A stretch of 64,000 nucleotides of DNA from Kofleriaceae bacterium (GTDB taxonomy: Bacteria > Myxococcota_A > Polyangia > Haliangiales > Haliangiaceae): positions 1 to 64,000 of the forward strand of contig JBKJLC010000101.1 in NCBI GenBank assembly GCA_046597055.1, given 5' to 3'. The first letter of the stretch is position 1, and the number at the start of each line of letters is the position of its first letter. Under the pieces are notes generated by a model. It had not been told where the DNA came from, made no database searches, and saw nothing but the letters and a program-made list of their open reading frames with translations. The translations under genes were made by a program, and so were the position numbers. Below are positions 40,087 through 49,482 of the stretch, one piece after another.

Positions 40087-41769
40087 ATGCGAAGCCTTAG
40101 AGCGACTATCCTGTTTGGCTTGTGCACTTTTGTAGCCTGCGGCGGCGATGGAGGCGGTGGCGCGCCCGATGGGGGCGGCGCGATCCCGCTCGGCTGCGGT
40201 GACGCGAGCCTCGACCCGGGCGAGCAGTGCGATGACGGCAACAACATCTCGGGCGACGGCTGCCGCGCGAACTGCACCTTCGAGGCCTGCGGCGACAGCT
40301 TCGTCGATACCGGCGAGGCGTGCGACGATGGCAACACCGCATCGGGCGACGGCTGCCGCGCCGATTGCCTCAAGCTCGAGATCTGCGGCGACCGCACCCG
40401 CGACGCCGGCGAGACGTGCGACGACGGCAACACGCTCGGCGGCGACGGCTGCACCGCGAACTGCATGCTCGAGGGCGCTCCGGTGTGCGGCAACAACCAG
40501 ACCGAGGGTCCCGAGGTCTGTGACGACGGCAACACGGTGTCGGGCGACGGCTGCCGCAGCGATTGCTCGAAGAACGAGATCTGCGGCGACAGATTCGTCG
40601 ACGTCGGCGAGCAGTGCGACGACGGCAACACCCTGCCGGGCGACGGCTGCTCGCCGAATTGCCAGCTGGTGCTGAGCTGCGGCAACAACGTCGTCACCGC
40701 CGGCGAGCTCTGCTTCGATCCGGGGATCGATTACGGGGCACTCGTCTCCGCGCGCGGCATCGTGGCAGGCAACTTCGACAGCGACACTGACGTGGATCTG
40801 GCGGTGGTCAACGATGGCAACGACACGGTCGTAGTGCTGTTCAACAATGGCAGCGGCGCGTTTACCACCCAGCTCACCGTCGCCCTACCGGCCGGCGCAG
40901 GCGCACGCGGCATCGCGGCAGCCGACGTCGATCGCGACGGGGATCTCGACCTCGCCACGGCCAACGACGGGCTCGACTCGGTCACCGTCCTCTACCAGTC
41001 GAACGGTGCGCCGGGCACGTTCCCGATCAGTGGCAGCTTTTCCTTGATCGGCTCGGGCGGCGGTGGCGTCGCTCCGCGCGCGCTCGCCTTCGGTGAGCTC
41101 AACGGACAGGCCGGGATCGACCTCGCGGTCGCCAACGACGGCGATGACTCGGTGAGCGTCCTGTTCAACGCCGGCAACGGACTGTTCGGCAGCGAGGCGG
41201 TGGTCAGAGTGGGCGTTGCACCGAGCGGCATCGTGGTGGTTGACGTCGACGGGGATGCGGACAATGACATCGCGGTGACCAATTCGGGCGACGGCACGAC
41301 GCGGGTGCTCTTCAACAACGCCGGCACCGGGGGCTTCCCGCTGCAGACCACGGTGAGCACCGGCTTGGGCCCGCGCGGTATCGCCAGCGCCAACGTCGAC
41401 GGTGACGCTGACATCGATCTGATCACGGCCGATCGTGACGCTTCGAGCGTGAGCGTCCTGTTCAACGCTGGCAACAGCCTGTTCCTTACTCGGGGGGCGT
41501 TCGGCGTCGGGCTGGGGCCGGTGTCGCTGGCGGCGGCCAACTTCGACGGCGTCAACCAGACTGACCTCGCGGTCGGCAACTCAGGCACCAACACGGTGAG
41601 CGTCCTCACGAACGACGGCACGGGGGTCTACGCGACCGGGGTCACGATCACCGTGGGCGCCAACCCGATCGGTACCGCGGTCGGCGACTTCAACGGCGAC
41701 ACCGTGCCCGACATCGCGACGGCTAACCGCGGGGTCAACACGATCAGCGTCATCCTCTCGAACCCGTAG
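40087..41769 (+). CDS. lipoprotein with Myxococcus Cys-rich repeats (DUF4215) and FG-GAP/VCBS repeats
   Basis: Five CGD...GE.CDDGN..GDGC..C repeats; seven D/N.D.DG..DLA.AN...VSVL.N repeats. Confidence 0.93.
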   Translation: MRSLRATILFGLCTFVACGGDGGGGAPDGGGAIPLGCGDASLDPGEQCDDGNNISGDGCRANCTFEACGDSFVDTGEACDDGNTASGDGCRADCLKLEICGDRTRDAGETCDDGNTLGGDGCTANCMLEGAPVCGNNQTEGPEVCDDGNTVSGDGCRSDCSKNEICGDRFVDVGEQCDDGNTLPGDGCSPNCQLVLSCGNNVVTAGELCFDPGIDYGALVSARGIVAGNFDSDTDVDLAVVNDGNDTVVVLFNNGSGAFTTQLTVALPAGAGARGIAAADVDRDGDLDLATANDGLDSVTVLYQSNGAPGTFPISGSFSLIGSGGGGVAPRALAFGELNGQAGIDLAVANDGDDSVSVLFNAGNGLFGSEAVVRVGVAPSGIVVVDVDGDADNDIAVTNSGDGTTRVLFNNAGTGGFPLQTTVSTGLGPRGIASANVDGDADIDLITADRDASSVSVLFNAGNSLFLTRGAFGVGLGPVSLAAANFDGVNQTDLAVGNSGTNTVSVLTNDGTGVYATGVTITVGANPIGTAVGDFNGDTVPDIATANRGVNTISVILSNP

Positions 41770-41863
41770 CCACGAGCCACCCGGGGGCCACGCCCGGTCG
41801 TCGTGACCCGCTGCGCGCGCTGGCGCAGCGCGGCGAAGCGAGGACCTCGGCGGCGGCGACTCG

Positions 41864-43135
41864 CTACCAGGGCGAGCTATAGACCTCGACGGTCACCGGC
41901 TGGGTGCGCTGGCCGTCGATGGTGGCGTCGACCACGACGCGGCAGCTGCGCTCTTCGCCGGGGGGCGGGCACGCCGGCGGGGCGCGTCCCTCGATGGCCG
42001 TGCCGACCAGGCCGGCGGTCGCGCCGCAGGTGTTCGAGACCTCGCGATACCGGATCTGGCCGCCGCCGGTGTTGAGCACGACGAGCGGGAGCGCGCCCAG
42101 GCTCTTCGGGGTGGTGCCGGTCGCGCAGCCCAGCGAGAAGTAGCCGGACGGACTGGCCTGGACCAGCCCGCTGGTGGCGTCGCGGTAGCGCAGCAGCGGC
42201 GTGCGGTCGGTGGCGGCCGCGAGCTGGGCGGCGAGGTCGGCGCCCTCCGAGGTCACGTTCGAGAACATGACGGAGGTCAAGCGAGCGCCGCCGCGGAAGT
42301 AGTCGCGGACCACCACCCGATCGGCGATCCGCGAGAACGACAGCACGAGGTCCTCGCCGTCCCGCACGAAGATCGATTCGTCGTTGTTGTGCAGGTAGAC
42401 CCCGCGGAAGATGACCCGGAGGTCACCGCTCTTGTCCTCGATGGTCTCGGTCCCGCCGGTCCCGCCGTTGTCGATCACGTAGGTGTCGTTGCCTTCGTCC
42501 CCGACCAGCAGATCGTCGCCGGCGCCGCCGAACAACAGGTCGTCGCCCTGGTACCCGTACAGCCGATCGTGGCCGTCGCCACCGTCGAGCACGTCGTCTT
42601 CGCCGAAGCCATAGAGCCGATCGTTGCCCGCGTGGCCGACCAGCGCGTCGATCCGGCGGCTGCCGCGGAGCCGATCGTTACCGGTCCCGCCCTCGATCAC
42701 ACGGCGCAGGTCGAACGGCACCGGGGTGCCGGTGCCGCGCCGGTCGTTGTTCCAGCGGGTGCCATCCTCGAAGCGGATCGAGCGGGCCCCGATCGCACAG
42801 TCCTCGCCCATCGTGCGGTAGCTACGCACCAGCGCGGTATCGCCGGGCGCGCCGAACAGGATCACGTCGCCGCCGAACGGCAGCGCGATCACGTCGTCCG
42901 CGGCGATCCCGATCACCTCGAGCACGCTGTCGGGGTACCCGGAGCGGCCGCAGTACTCGCGCACCGCGACCCGCTGGAAGCCGCCACCGGCGGTGAAGTG
43001 GAACGTGTGCGTCTCGCAGAAGTCGCCATCACATCGGGCGACCGCCTCCACGGACGACCGGCCGTCGTCCTCCAGGTCGTCGACGCCACAGGAGGCAAGC
43101 AAGAGGGCCAGCAGGATCAGGAGGGAGCGCTTCAT
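41864..43135 (-). CDS. lipoprotein with RTX (hemolysin-type Ca-binding) nonapeptide repeats
   Basis: Lipobox LASC; GGTGNDRL, GHAGNDRL, GGDGHDRL, GGAGDDLL, GDEGNDTY; RDGEDLVL. Confidence 0.88.
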   Translation of the reverse strand: MKRSLLILLALLLASCGVDDLEDDGRSSVEAVARCDGDFCETHTFHFTAGGGFQRVAVREYCGRSGYPDSVLEVIGIAADDVIALPFGGDVILFGAPGDTALVRSYRTMGEDCAIGARSIRFEDGTRWNNDRRGTGTPVPFDLRRVIEGGTGNDRLRGSRRIDALVGHAGNDRLYGFGEDDVLDGGDGHDRLYGYQGDDLLFGGAGDDLLVGDEGNDTYVIDNGGTGGTETIEDKSGDLRVIFRGVYLHNNDESIFVRDGEDLVLSFSRIADRVVVRDYFRGGARLTSVMFSNVTSEGADLAAQLAAATDRTPLLRYRDATSGLVQASPSGYFSLGCATGTTPKSLGALPLVVLNTGGGQIRYREVSNTCGATAGLVGTAIEGRAPPACPPPGEERSCRVVVDATIDGQRTQPVTVEVYSSPW

Positions 43136-43222
43136 CTGCCGACTTCTAGCAGCACGGCATTAACGTTTCTACATTGATCGTCGATGAAACATGTACGCCT
43201 ACCCGGCCGCCTGGCGAGCCGG

Positions 43223-45109
43223 TCAGCGCGGACGGCGACCGGCGCGGACCAGCAGCAGCGCGACGGCGACGACCAGGGCCAGGCCGGCGAGCTGGCCGGG
43301 CACGCCGGCCAGCAGGGTCCCCTGCGGCCGACTGACCCCGGCCGCGCCGACCAGCGCGGCGACCGCCACGCCGGCCAGCCCTTCGCCGGCGATCATCCCG
43401 GACGCGGCCAGCACGTCGGGCGCCGGTTCGCCCTCGGCGAGCGGGGGCCGGCGGGCGTCGACGATCCGACGGACCACGCCGCCGACCAGGATCGGGGTCA
43501 TGGCGCCGAGCGGCAGGTACACGCCGATCGCGAAGGTGAGCGCGTCGACTCGCGCGAACATCGCGGCGAGCGCCAGCCCGGCGCCCGCCAGTAGCAGCGC
43601 CCAGGGCAGCGTGCCATCGAGGCCACCCTCGATCACGGTCTTCATCAAGGTCGCCTGCGGCGCCGGCAGCTCCTTGGAGCCGAACTGGGCGCTGGCGCCC
43701 AGAAAGAGCAGCGTCGCAGCCACCGCCCAGCATGCGGTCGCCGCGCCCAGGTACTGGCCGAGTTGCTGGCGCGCCGGGGTGGCGCCGACCAGCTGACCGG
43801 TCTTGAGGTCTTGCGAGATGTCGCCGGCCTTCGACGCCGCGATCGCGACGATCGCGCCAGTCAAGAGCACCGCGACCTTGGCCGCGGCCGAGGTCCAGCC
43901 CAGCGCAGCGAACAGCGCGCCCACCACCAGCACGGTGACCAGGCAGATCGCCGAGGTCGGCTGCGACGACACCCCGACCTGGCCCACGATCCGCGCGGCG
44001 ACCGCGACGAACACCAGCCCGAGCACGCCCACCACCACCGCCGACACCAGCCGCTGCGGCAGCGTCGCGCCCGCACCGAGCAGCCCGGGGACCAGCGCGA
44101 CCGCCAGCACCACGGCGGCGATCCCGAGCGCGATGACCCGACCGGGCACGTCGCGATCGCGGCGGTCACCGGCGGCCGCGTCGCCGCCGTCGCGGCGCAT
44201 CCCGGCGGCCACCGCCGCGAACGCGCGCACCATCGCCGGCCAGACCTTGACGACGGTGACGATGCCGGCCAGCGCGACGGCGCCAGCCCCGATGAAGCGG
44301 ACGTGCGAGCCCCACACGCTGGCCGGGTCGACCGGCGCGCCGGCCCCGGCGGCGGTGTAGACGACCAGCGGGATGATCATCAGCGACGAGATCAGGCCGC
44401 CCGAGACCACCACCGCGGCCGGCCGGTAGCCGAGGATGTAGCCGACCGCGACCAGCGCGGGCGCCACCTCGAGGGCGAGCTCGCCGCCGGGCAGCCCGGG
44501 GATCGCGACCAGCAGCTCCGAGGGGGCTACCCGCAGCAGATCGAGGGCGATCTTGGCGATCGCGCCGAGCGCGAGGCCACCAAAGATCCAGCGACCGCCG
44601 GTGAAGCTGCCGGTGGAGGCGCGCAGCACGTCGGCGCAGGCGCGGCCTTCCGGATACGGGAGCTCGGCGGCGGCGCGCACGATCAGCAGCCGGCGGAGCG
44701 GGATCATCGCCGACACGCCGAGGATCCCGCCGCACAGGGTGAGGCCGACGATCTGCAGGTACGACGGGGGCTGGCCCCACAGGTAGAGCGCCGGCACCGT
44801 GAAGATGGCGCCGGTGGCCAGCGCCGTGGAGGCCGAGCCGATGGTCTGGGCCATGTTGGCCTCGAGGATCGAGGCGCGGGCACCGGTGGCGCGCAGGACC
44901 GCCACGGTCATCACCGCGATCGGGATCGAGGTCGACACCGTCATGCCGACGCGCAAGCCGAGGTAGGCGTTGGCGGCGCCGAAGATCGCGCCGAACACCA
45001 CGCCGAGCAGGATCGCGCGCACCGTGACCTCGGGGCCAACATCGGCGGGCAGCGTCGGCGCTGGCAGCGAGGCGGTCACGGGCGTCGAGGCGATGGTACC
45101 AGTGCTCAT
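43223..45109 (-). CDS. OPT family oligopeptide transporter
   Basis: TVRAILLG, NAYLGLRVG.TVSTSIP, ILEAN..QT.GSA, LPYPEG.ACA, SQDLKTG..VGATP..QQ, APQATLM, FAIGVYLP, ASG.IAGE. Confidence 0.95.
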   Translation of the reverse strand: MSTGTIASTPVTASLPAPTLPADVGPEVTVRAILLGVVFGAIFGAANAYLGLRVGMTVSTSIPIAVMTVAVLRATGARASILEANMAQTIGSASTALATGAIFTVPALYLWGQPPSYLQIVGLTLCGGILGVSAMIPLRRLLIVRAAAELPYPEGRACADVLRASTGSFTGGRWIFGGLALGAIAKIALDLLRVAPSELLVAIPGLPGGELALEVAPALVAVGYILGYRPAAVVVSGGLISSLMIIPLVVYTAAGAGAPVDPASVWGSHVRFIGAGAVALAGIVTVVKVWPAMVRAFAAVAAGMRRDGGDAAAGDRRDRDVPGRVIALGIAAVVLAVALVPGLLGAGATLPQRLVSAVVVGVLGLVFVAVAARIVGQVGVSSQPTSAICLVTVLVVGALFAALGWTSAAAKVAVLLTGAIVAIAASKAGDISQDLKTGQLVGATPARQQLGQYLGAATACWAVAATLLFLGASAQFGSKELPAPQATLMKTVIEGGLDGTLPWALLLAGAGLALAAMFARVDALTFAIGVYLPLGAMTPILVGGVVRRIVDARRPPLAEGEPAPDVLAASGMIAGEGLAGVAVAALVGAAGVSRPQGTLLAGVPGQLAGLALVVAVALLLVRAGRRPR

Positions 45110-45981
45110 GGGGTTCCTGCCGGCACGGCGAGCCTGCGCCGCGCGCGCAGATCGAAGGTGTCGCCGTCGCCCAGCGGGTGGGTGACCAGGCCCTCGACGT
45201 CGGCGGGGGCGGCGCGGGGGTCGCGCGGGCGGCGGGCTCGGGCCCCGTCGTAGACGATCACGCTGCCGCTGAACACGTGCATGACGCCGTCGGCGCGCAG
45301 CCAGATCGCCGCGCCCTCGTCGACGCCCACGCCCAGGAGCTCGGGGTGGTCGAGCACCGCCGAGACCAGCCGGCGCTGCCGGTCGCGCACCACGAAGTGG
45401 GTGTCGAACAGCAGCCCCGGCGCCAGATCGAGGCCACGGCCGAGCAGGGTCGCCCCGGCCCGGATCACCCGGGTATCGCCGTCGCCGGTCAGCATCAGCC
45501 CGGACTGGCACGCCGTGCCCGCGCTGGTGCCACCGACCGGGCCGCCGCGCGCCTGCAGCGCGAGCAAGGCGGCGTGCAGCGGGGTGTCGACCAGCCGCGC
45601 CGTGATCCGGCGCTGGTCACCGCCGGCGAACCAGACCGCGGTGGCCTGGTCAACCGCGCGCACGTACGCCGCCCGCGCCGCGTCGCGCCGGTCGTCGACG
45701 TGGATCACGGTGACGCTGGTGACGCCGTGCTGGCCGAACAACCCCACGTAGTCGCCGCCGGCGGGCCGGCTGTCGCCGCTGGCCAGGGGCAAGACCACGA
45801 TGCGGGCGCCGGCACCGCCGGCGAGCTCGACGAAGCGGGCCACCGCCGCCGTCGGCTTGGCGCCACCGCCGACCAGCACCAGGTCGCCGCGGCGCTCCCT
45901 GGGTGCCATCACCGCCGGGGACGGCGCGCACGCCGCGAGCAGGATCGCCAGCAGCGCCAGGCCCGTGATCTCAGTACGCAT
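45106..45981 (-). CDS. cyanophycinase (peptidase S51) with lipoprotein signal
   Basis: Lipobox LAAC; LVLVGGG, FAGGDQ, GTSAG (catalytic Ser), DTHF..RDR..RL (His and Arg cluster), GVDE (Glu). Confidence 0.88.
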   Translation of the reverse strand: MRTEITGLALLAILLAACAPSPAVMAPRERRGDLVLVGGGAKPTAAVARFVELAGGAGARIVVLPLASGDSRPAGGDYVGLFGQHGVTSVTVIHVDDRRDAARAAYVRAVDQATAVWFAGGDQRRITARLVDTPLHAALLALQARGGPVGGTSAGTACQSGLMLTGDGDTRVIRAGATLLGRGLDLAPGLLFDTHFVVRDRQRRLVSAVLDHPELLGVGVDEGAAIWLRADGVMHVFSGSVIVYDGARARRPRDPRAAPADVEGLVTHPLGDGDTFDLRARRRLAVPAGTP

Positions 45982-48295
45982 AACGCACCCCCAGGATGAT
46001 CTCGAACGGCCGCTCGACGCTGCGCACCGCGCGGAAGTACGAGGTGGTCTCGCGGAACCCGGTCACGGTGTCGGCGGCCAGCAGGTTGCGCACGTCGACG
46101 CTGCCGAGCCAGCGGCCGGGCCCGGGCAGCGGCAGCGCGCGCGCGACGCGCAGGTCGACGACGTGGCGCGCCGGGTAGCGGTAGCCGCCGCGGCCGGCAA
46201 GGTCGTAGACGAAGATGCGCGGGCCGCTGGTCGGCTGGACCCGGAGCAACCGCGAGTGATAGGCGCCCGAGGTGAACCCGTAGTCGAGCCAGGCGCGCAC
46301 CCGCCCGGGCAGATCGGCGGCCAGCTCGGCGTGCGCGCGCACCCGCTCCTGGTCCGCCATGTTGCCGGTCGCGTTGACCGAGCCGCTGGGATCGCGCCAC
46401 TCCTCCGACAGGCCGTACGCCGAGTCGAGATTGCCGCGATCCCAGGCGAGCTCGACGTCCCCACGCACGGTCAGCCAGCGGGTCACCGCGGCGTCGACGT
46501 CGAGCCGCAGCCCGTGGTACCTGCGGCGCGCGCCCGCCGGGTTGCCGATCTGGTAGGCGGGCCGCTCGCCGGCCGGCAGCTCGTAGTAGCGGAAACGGTC
46601 GGCGGGCGCGTCGCCGAGGAGCGTCTCGCGCTCGACGTACGCGCCCTCGGCGAAGCGACGATCGACCAGGCCGAGCAGATCGCCGAACCGGCGCAGCTCG
46701 TAGCGTACGCCGACCTCGACGCGCTCGTCCGCTACGTGGCGAGCACCGACGACCAGGCGGTCGACCCACGGGTGGCGCACGTCGGGATCCACCTCGCCCA
46801 GCACGGGCTCGAAGGTCCGGTCGAGCCGCCAGGCTGGATCGCCGATCGACGGTGGCGTCGCCAGCGGCTCGCCGGTCCAGTCCCAATACTCGAGCGGCGA
46901 GTAGGCGGCGCCGCTGCGGGCGCGCCGGTAGAAGCTGGGGGTCAGCTGCTGGTGGTGGCGACCGGCCCGCAGGTACAGGCTGGTGGCCCGGGTGGCCCCG
47001 AGTCCGGCGTCGACGGCGAGGCGCGGCGACAGCGTCCAGGTTTGCCACTGGGCAGGCGCATCGGTGAAGCCACCGACGTGGCGCTCGGCGCGGACCCCGA
47101 GCGACATCGCGACGGCGTCGCCGAGCTCGACCCGATCTTCGGCGTACAGCGCGGTCGCGAGCTGGCGGACCTTGGCGTGGAGCTCGTCGCCTCGATCGCT
47201 GGCGTACAGCTCCCAGCTGGCGCGCTCGGCCTCGTCGAACCGGTCGACCGGGGCGCCGCTGGCGTCGCTCGGCAGGATGTCGACGAAGGTGAAGCCGCCG
47301 TTGCGGGTCTCATCCTCGTCGTCGGCGAGGTGCTCGACCTGGACGCCCAGGGTGAGCGTGTGAGCGTCGGAGCCCACCAGCACGCCGTCGGCGAAGCCGC
47401 TGGCCGACAGGTCGGCACGCTGGCGACGCGACCGGTGGCGCCGGGTGAACGGGTGGTTGCCCCAGCCCACGTAGTTGTCGAGGTTGAGGTGGCCCGGCGT
47501 GGCCAGGCCGCCGCGGGCGTTCCAGTCATCGCGGTCGAGGGTCAGGTCGTAGACCGCGCTCAGCTCGAGGCGCGGCGCCAGCTGATGGCGCAGGGTCGCG
47601 ATCACCACGGTCTGATCGGCGAGGTGGTCGCGCCCGGCGGAGGGTCGGTCCCACGCCGACAGCCCGGCGTCGGCGACCCGCAAGGCATCCCAGCGGGCGC
47701 CGAGCGTGACGGCGGTGGTCGGGGTCGGCTGCCATCGCGCGTTGATCGAGGTGCGCGGCGCCCAGCGCGCCTCGTCGCGGCCGGCGCCGAGCAGCGAACC
47801 CGCGGTCCGCTCGTCGATCGCCTCGGCCCACACCGTCGCGCAGTACGGCCGCAGCGCGCCCCAGAGCTCGGCACGCAGGCGGTGGAAGTAGCGCAGATCA
47901 CCGCCGACCAGATCGGTGGCCTCGGTGAGCGGGTGGCGCGCCTGCAGGCCGACGGCATCCAGCGTGCGCGGCAGCAGGGGTCCGGCGCTGAACGCCTCGT
48001 CGAGCCTGAACGCCAGGGGTTCGTCGTCGCCCACCGGCAAGAGCCACGGCGCCGACAGGAAGCCATGGCGGGTCGCGTCGCGCCCGGGCCGGGCGGTGCG
48101 TCCGTCGTTCCAGCCGCGGAGCTGGGCGCCGGCGTCCCCGGCGCCGCGCGGTACCTCCGGGCGGATCCACAGCCGCGACAGCTCGACCACGCCCGGACGA
48201 CCGCAGCGCTGGGCCGTGGCCTCGATCGGCGCGACCGCCAGCCCCAGCGCGCCCACCACCAGCGCGAGCGCGGCGCGGCTGGCTGGCCGGGTCAA
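45971..48295 (-). CDS. TonB-dependent/Oar-like outer-membrane beta-barrel
   Basis: TTG start overlapping the M20 stop; signal peptide; LYAEDRV..LGVR.E, LSPRL, VDLRV, VRNLL, C-terminal P..I.LGVRYAY. Confidence 0.8.
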   Translation of the reverse strand: MTRPASRAALALVVGALGLAVAPIEATAQRCGRPGVVELSRLWIRPEVPRGAGDAGAQLRGWNDGRTARPGRDATRHGFLSAPWLLPVGDDEPLAFRLDEAFSAGPLLPRTLDAVGLQARHPLTEATDLVGGDLRYFHRLRAELWGALRPYCATVWAEAIDERTAGSLLGAGRDEARWAPRTSINARWQPTPTTAVTLGARWDALRVADAGLSAWDRPSAGRDHLADQTVVIATLRHQLAPRLELSAVYDLTLDRDDWNARGGLATPGHLNLDNYVGWGNHPFTRRHRSRRQRADLSASGFADGVLVGSDAHTLTLGVQVEHLADDEDETRNGGFTFVDILPSDASGAPVDRFDEAERASWELYASDRGDELHAKVRQLATALYAEDRVELGDAVAMSLGVRAERHVGGFTDAPAQWQTWTLSPRLAVDAGLGATRATSLYLRAGRHHQQLTPSFYRRARSGAAYSPLEYWDWTGEPLATPPSIGDPAWRLDRTFEPVLGEVDPDVRHPWVDRLVVGARHVADERVEVGVRYELRRFGDLLGLVDRRFAEGAYVERETLLGDAPADRFRYYELPAGERPAYQIGNPAGARRRYHGLRLDVDAAVTRWLTVRGDVELAWDRGNLDSAYGLSEEWRDPSGSVNATGNMADQERVRAHAELAADLPGRVRAWLDYGFTSGAYHSRLLRVQPTSGPRIFVYDLAGRGGYRYPARHVVDLRVARALPLPGPGRWLGSVDVRNLLAADTVTGFRETTSYFRAVRSVERPFEIILGVRYAY

Positions 48296-49482
48296 CCCAG
48301 CCACCGGGTCAGCGCGACGGCGTTCAGCGCGGCTCGCCGCGCGATCGACGCGACCACCAGGTACTCGTCGTCGCTGTGGAAACCACCGCCCTCGGGCCCG
48401 ACGCCATCGAGACAGGTCGCGCCGGCGGCGGCGACGTGGTTGATGTCGCCGACCCCGGCGGTGGCGACGCCGGTGACCCGGAGATCGAGCGCCACGCCCG
48501 CGGCGACATAGTGGGCGAGGACGGCGTCGGTGCCGGGGGTCAGCGCCATCGCGGGCGTCTCGAGACGAGCGTCGACCTCGATCCGCGCGCCGGTGTCCTG
48601 GGCGAGGCGAGTGGCCAGCGCGGTCAGCGCCGCCGGCACCGCCGCACCGCGCTGCGGATCGAAGAACCGCCACTCGAGCTCGAAGCTGGCGCGGTCGGGC
48701 ACGCGGCCCAGCGAGCCCGGCGTCACGCTGACCGCGCCGCCCGGCGACACCGTGAGGTCCGGGCTGGACGCCTCGAGGGCCTCGGCGGCCTCGACGAAGC
48801 GGGCCAGCACGGTGAAGGCATTGATCGCGCGATCATGGTCGATGCCGGCGTGGCCGGTGCGGCCGTGGACGGTGATCCGCGCCCGGCCGTAGCCCTTGCG
48901 CGCCACCACCAGCCCGCCGCACTCGCGCGCCGCCTCGAAGCACAGCGCCAGATCGACGCCGGCGGCGGCGGCCTGCACCACCGGCTGCCCGGTCGGCGAG
49001 CCCACCTCCTCGTCGGACACCAGCACCAGCCGCGGGTCGAGGCGGCCGAGCACCCCGGCGCGCTGCAGCACCGCCAGGGTCACCAGCGCGGTCACCACCC
49101 CGCCCTTCATGTCGGCGATCCCGGGCCCGCGCCAGCGGTCGCCGTCCCGGGTGAGCGCGAACCGGTGGTCGGGTGGGAACACGGTGTCGAGGTGACCGAG
49201 CAGCAAGACCCGCGGCCCGGCCGCGCCGGCCCGGTGCCCGACCAGGTGCCGACGCGACAGCAGGCGATCCGGCGCGTCGGGATCAGCGACCTCGACGACC
49301 GGCGCGGCGACGGTGAAGCCCAGCTCGGCGAGCACCGGCCCGAGCCGAGCGTGGCAGGCGCCTAGCCCGGCGGCGTTGTCGGCGTGCGAGTTGATCGCGA
49401 CCAGGTCGGCCAGCAGCGGCAGCGCCCAGGCCTCGGCGTCTTGCGCCAGGGCCAGCGCCTCGCGTGCGGGCAGCGGCGTCAT
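48292..49482 (-). CDS. M20 family metallopeptidase (carboxypeptidase G2-like), cytoplasmic
   Basis: GHLDTV, GPGIADMKGG, SDEEVGS, FEA, GHAG, DGVGP.GGG.H..DEY; no signal peptide. Confidence 0.9.
   Translation of the reverse strand: MTPLPAREALALAQDAEAWALPLLADLVAINSHADNAAGLGACHARLGPVLAELGFTVAAPVVEVADPDAPDRLLSRRHLVGHRAGAAGPRVLLLGHLDTVFPPDHRFALTRDGDRWRGPGIADMKGGVVTALVTLAVLQRAGVLGRLDPRLVLVSDEEVGSPTGQPVVQAAAAGVDLALCFEAARECGGLVVARKGYGRARITVHGRTGHAGIDHDRAINAFTVLARFVEAAEALEASSPDLTVSPGGAVSVTPGSLGRVPDRASFELEWRFFDPQRGAAVPAALTALATRLAQDTGARIEVDARLETPAMALTPGTDAVLAHYVAAGVALDLRVTGVATAGVGDINHVAAAGATCLDGVGPEGGGFHSDDEYLVVASIARRAALNAVALTRWLG

Noticed and set aside
40190..40690. Regular TGCGACGACGGCAAC repeats
   Set aside because: They encode Cys-rich protein repeats, not a DNA element
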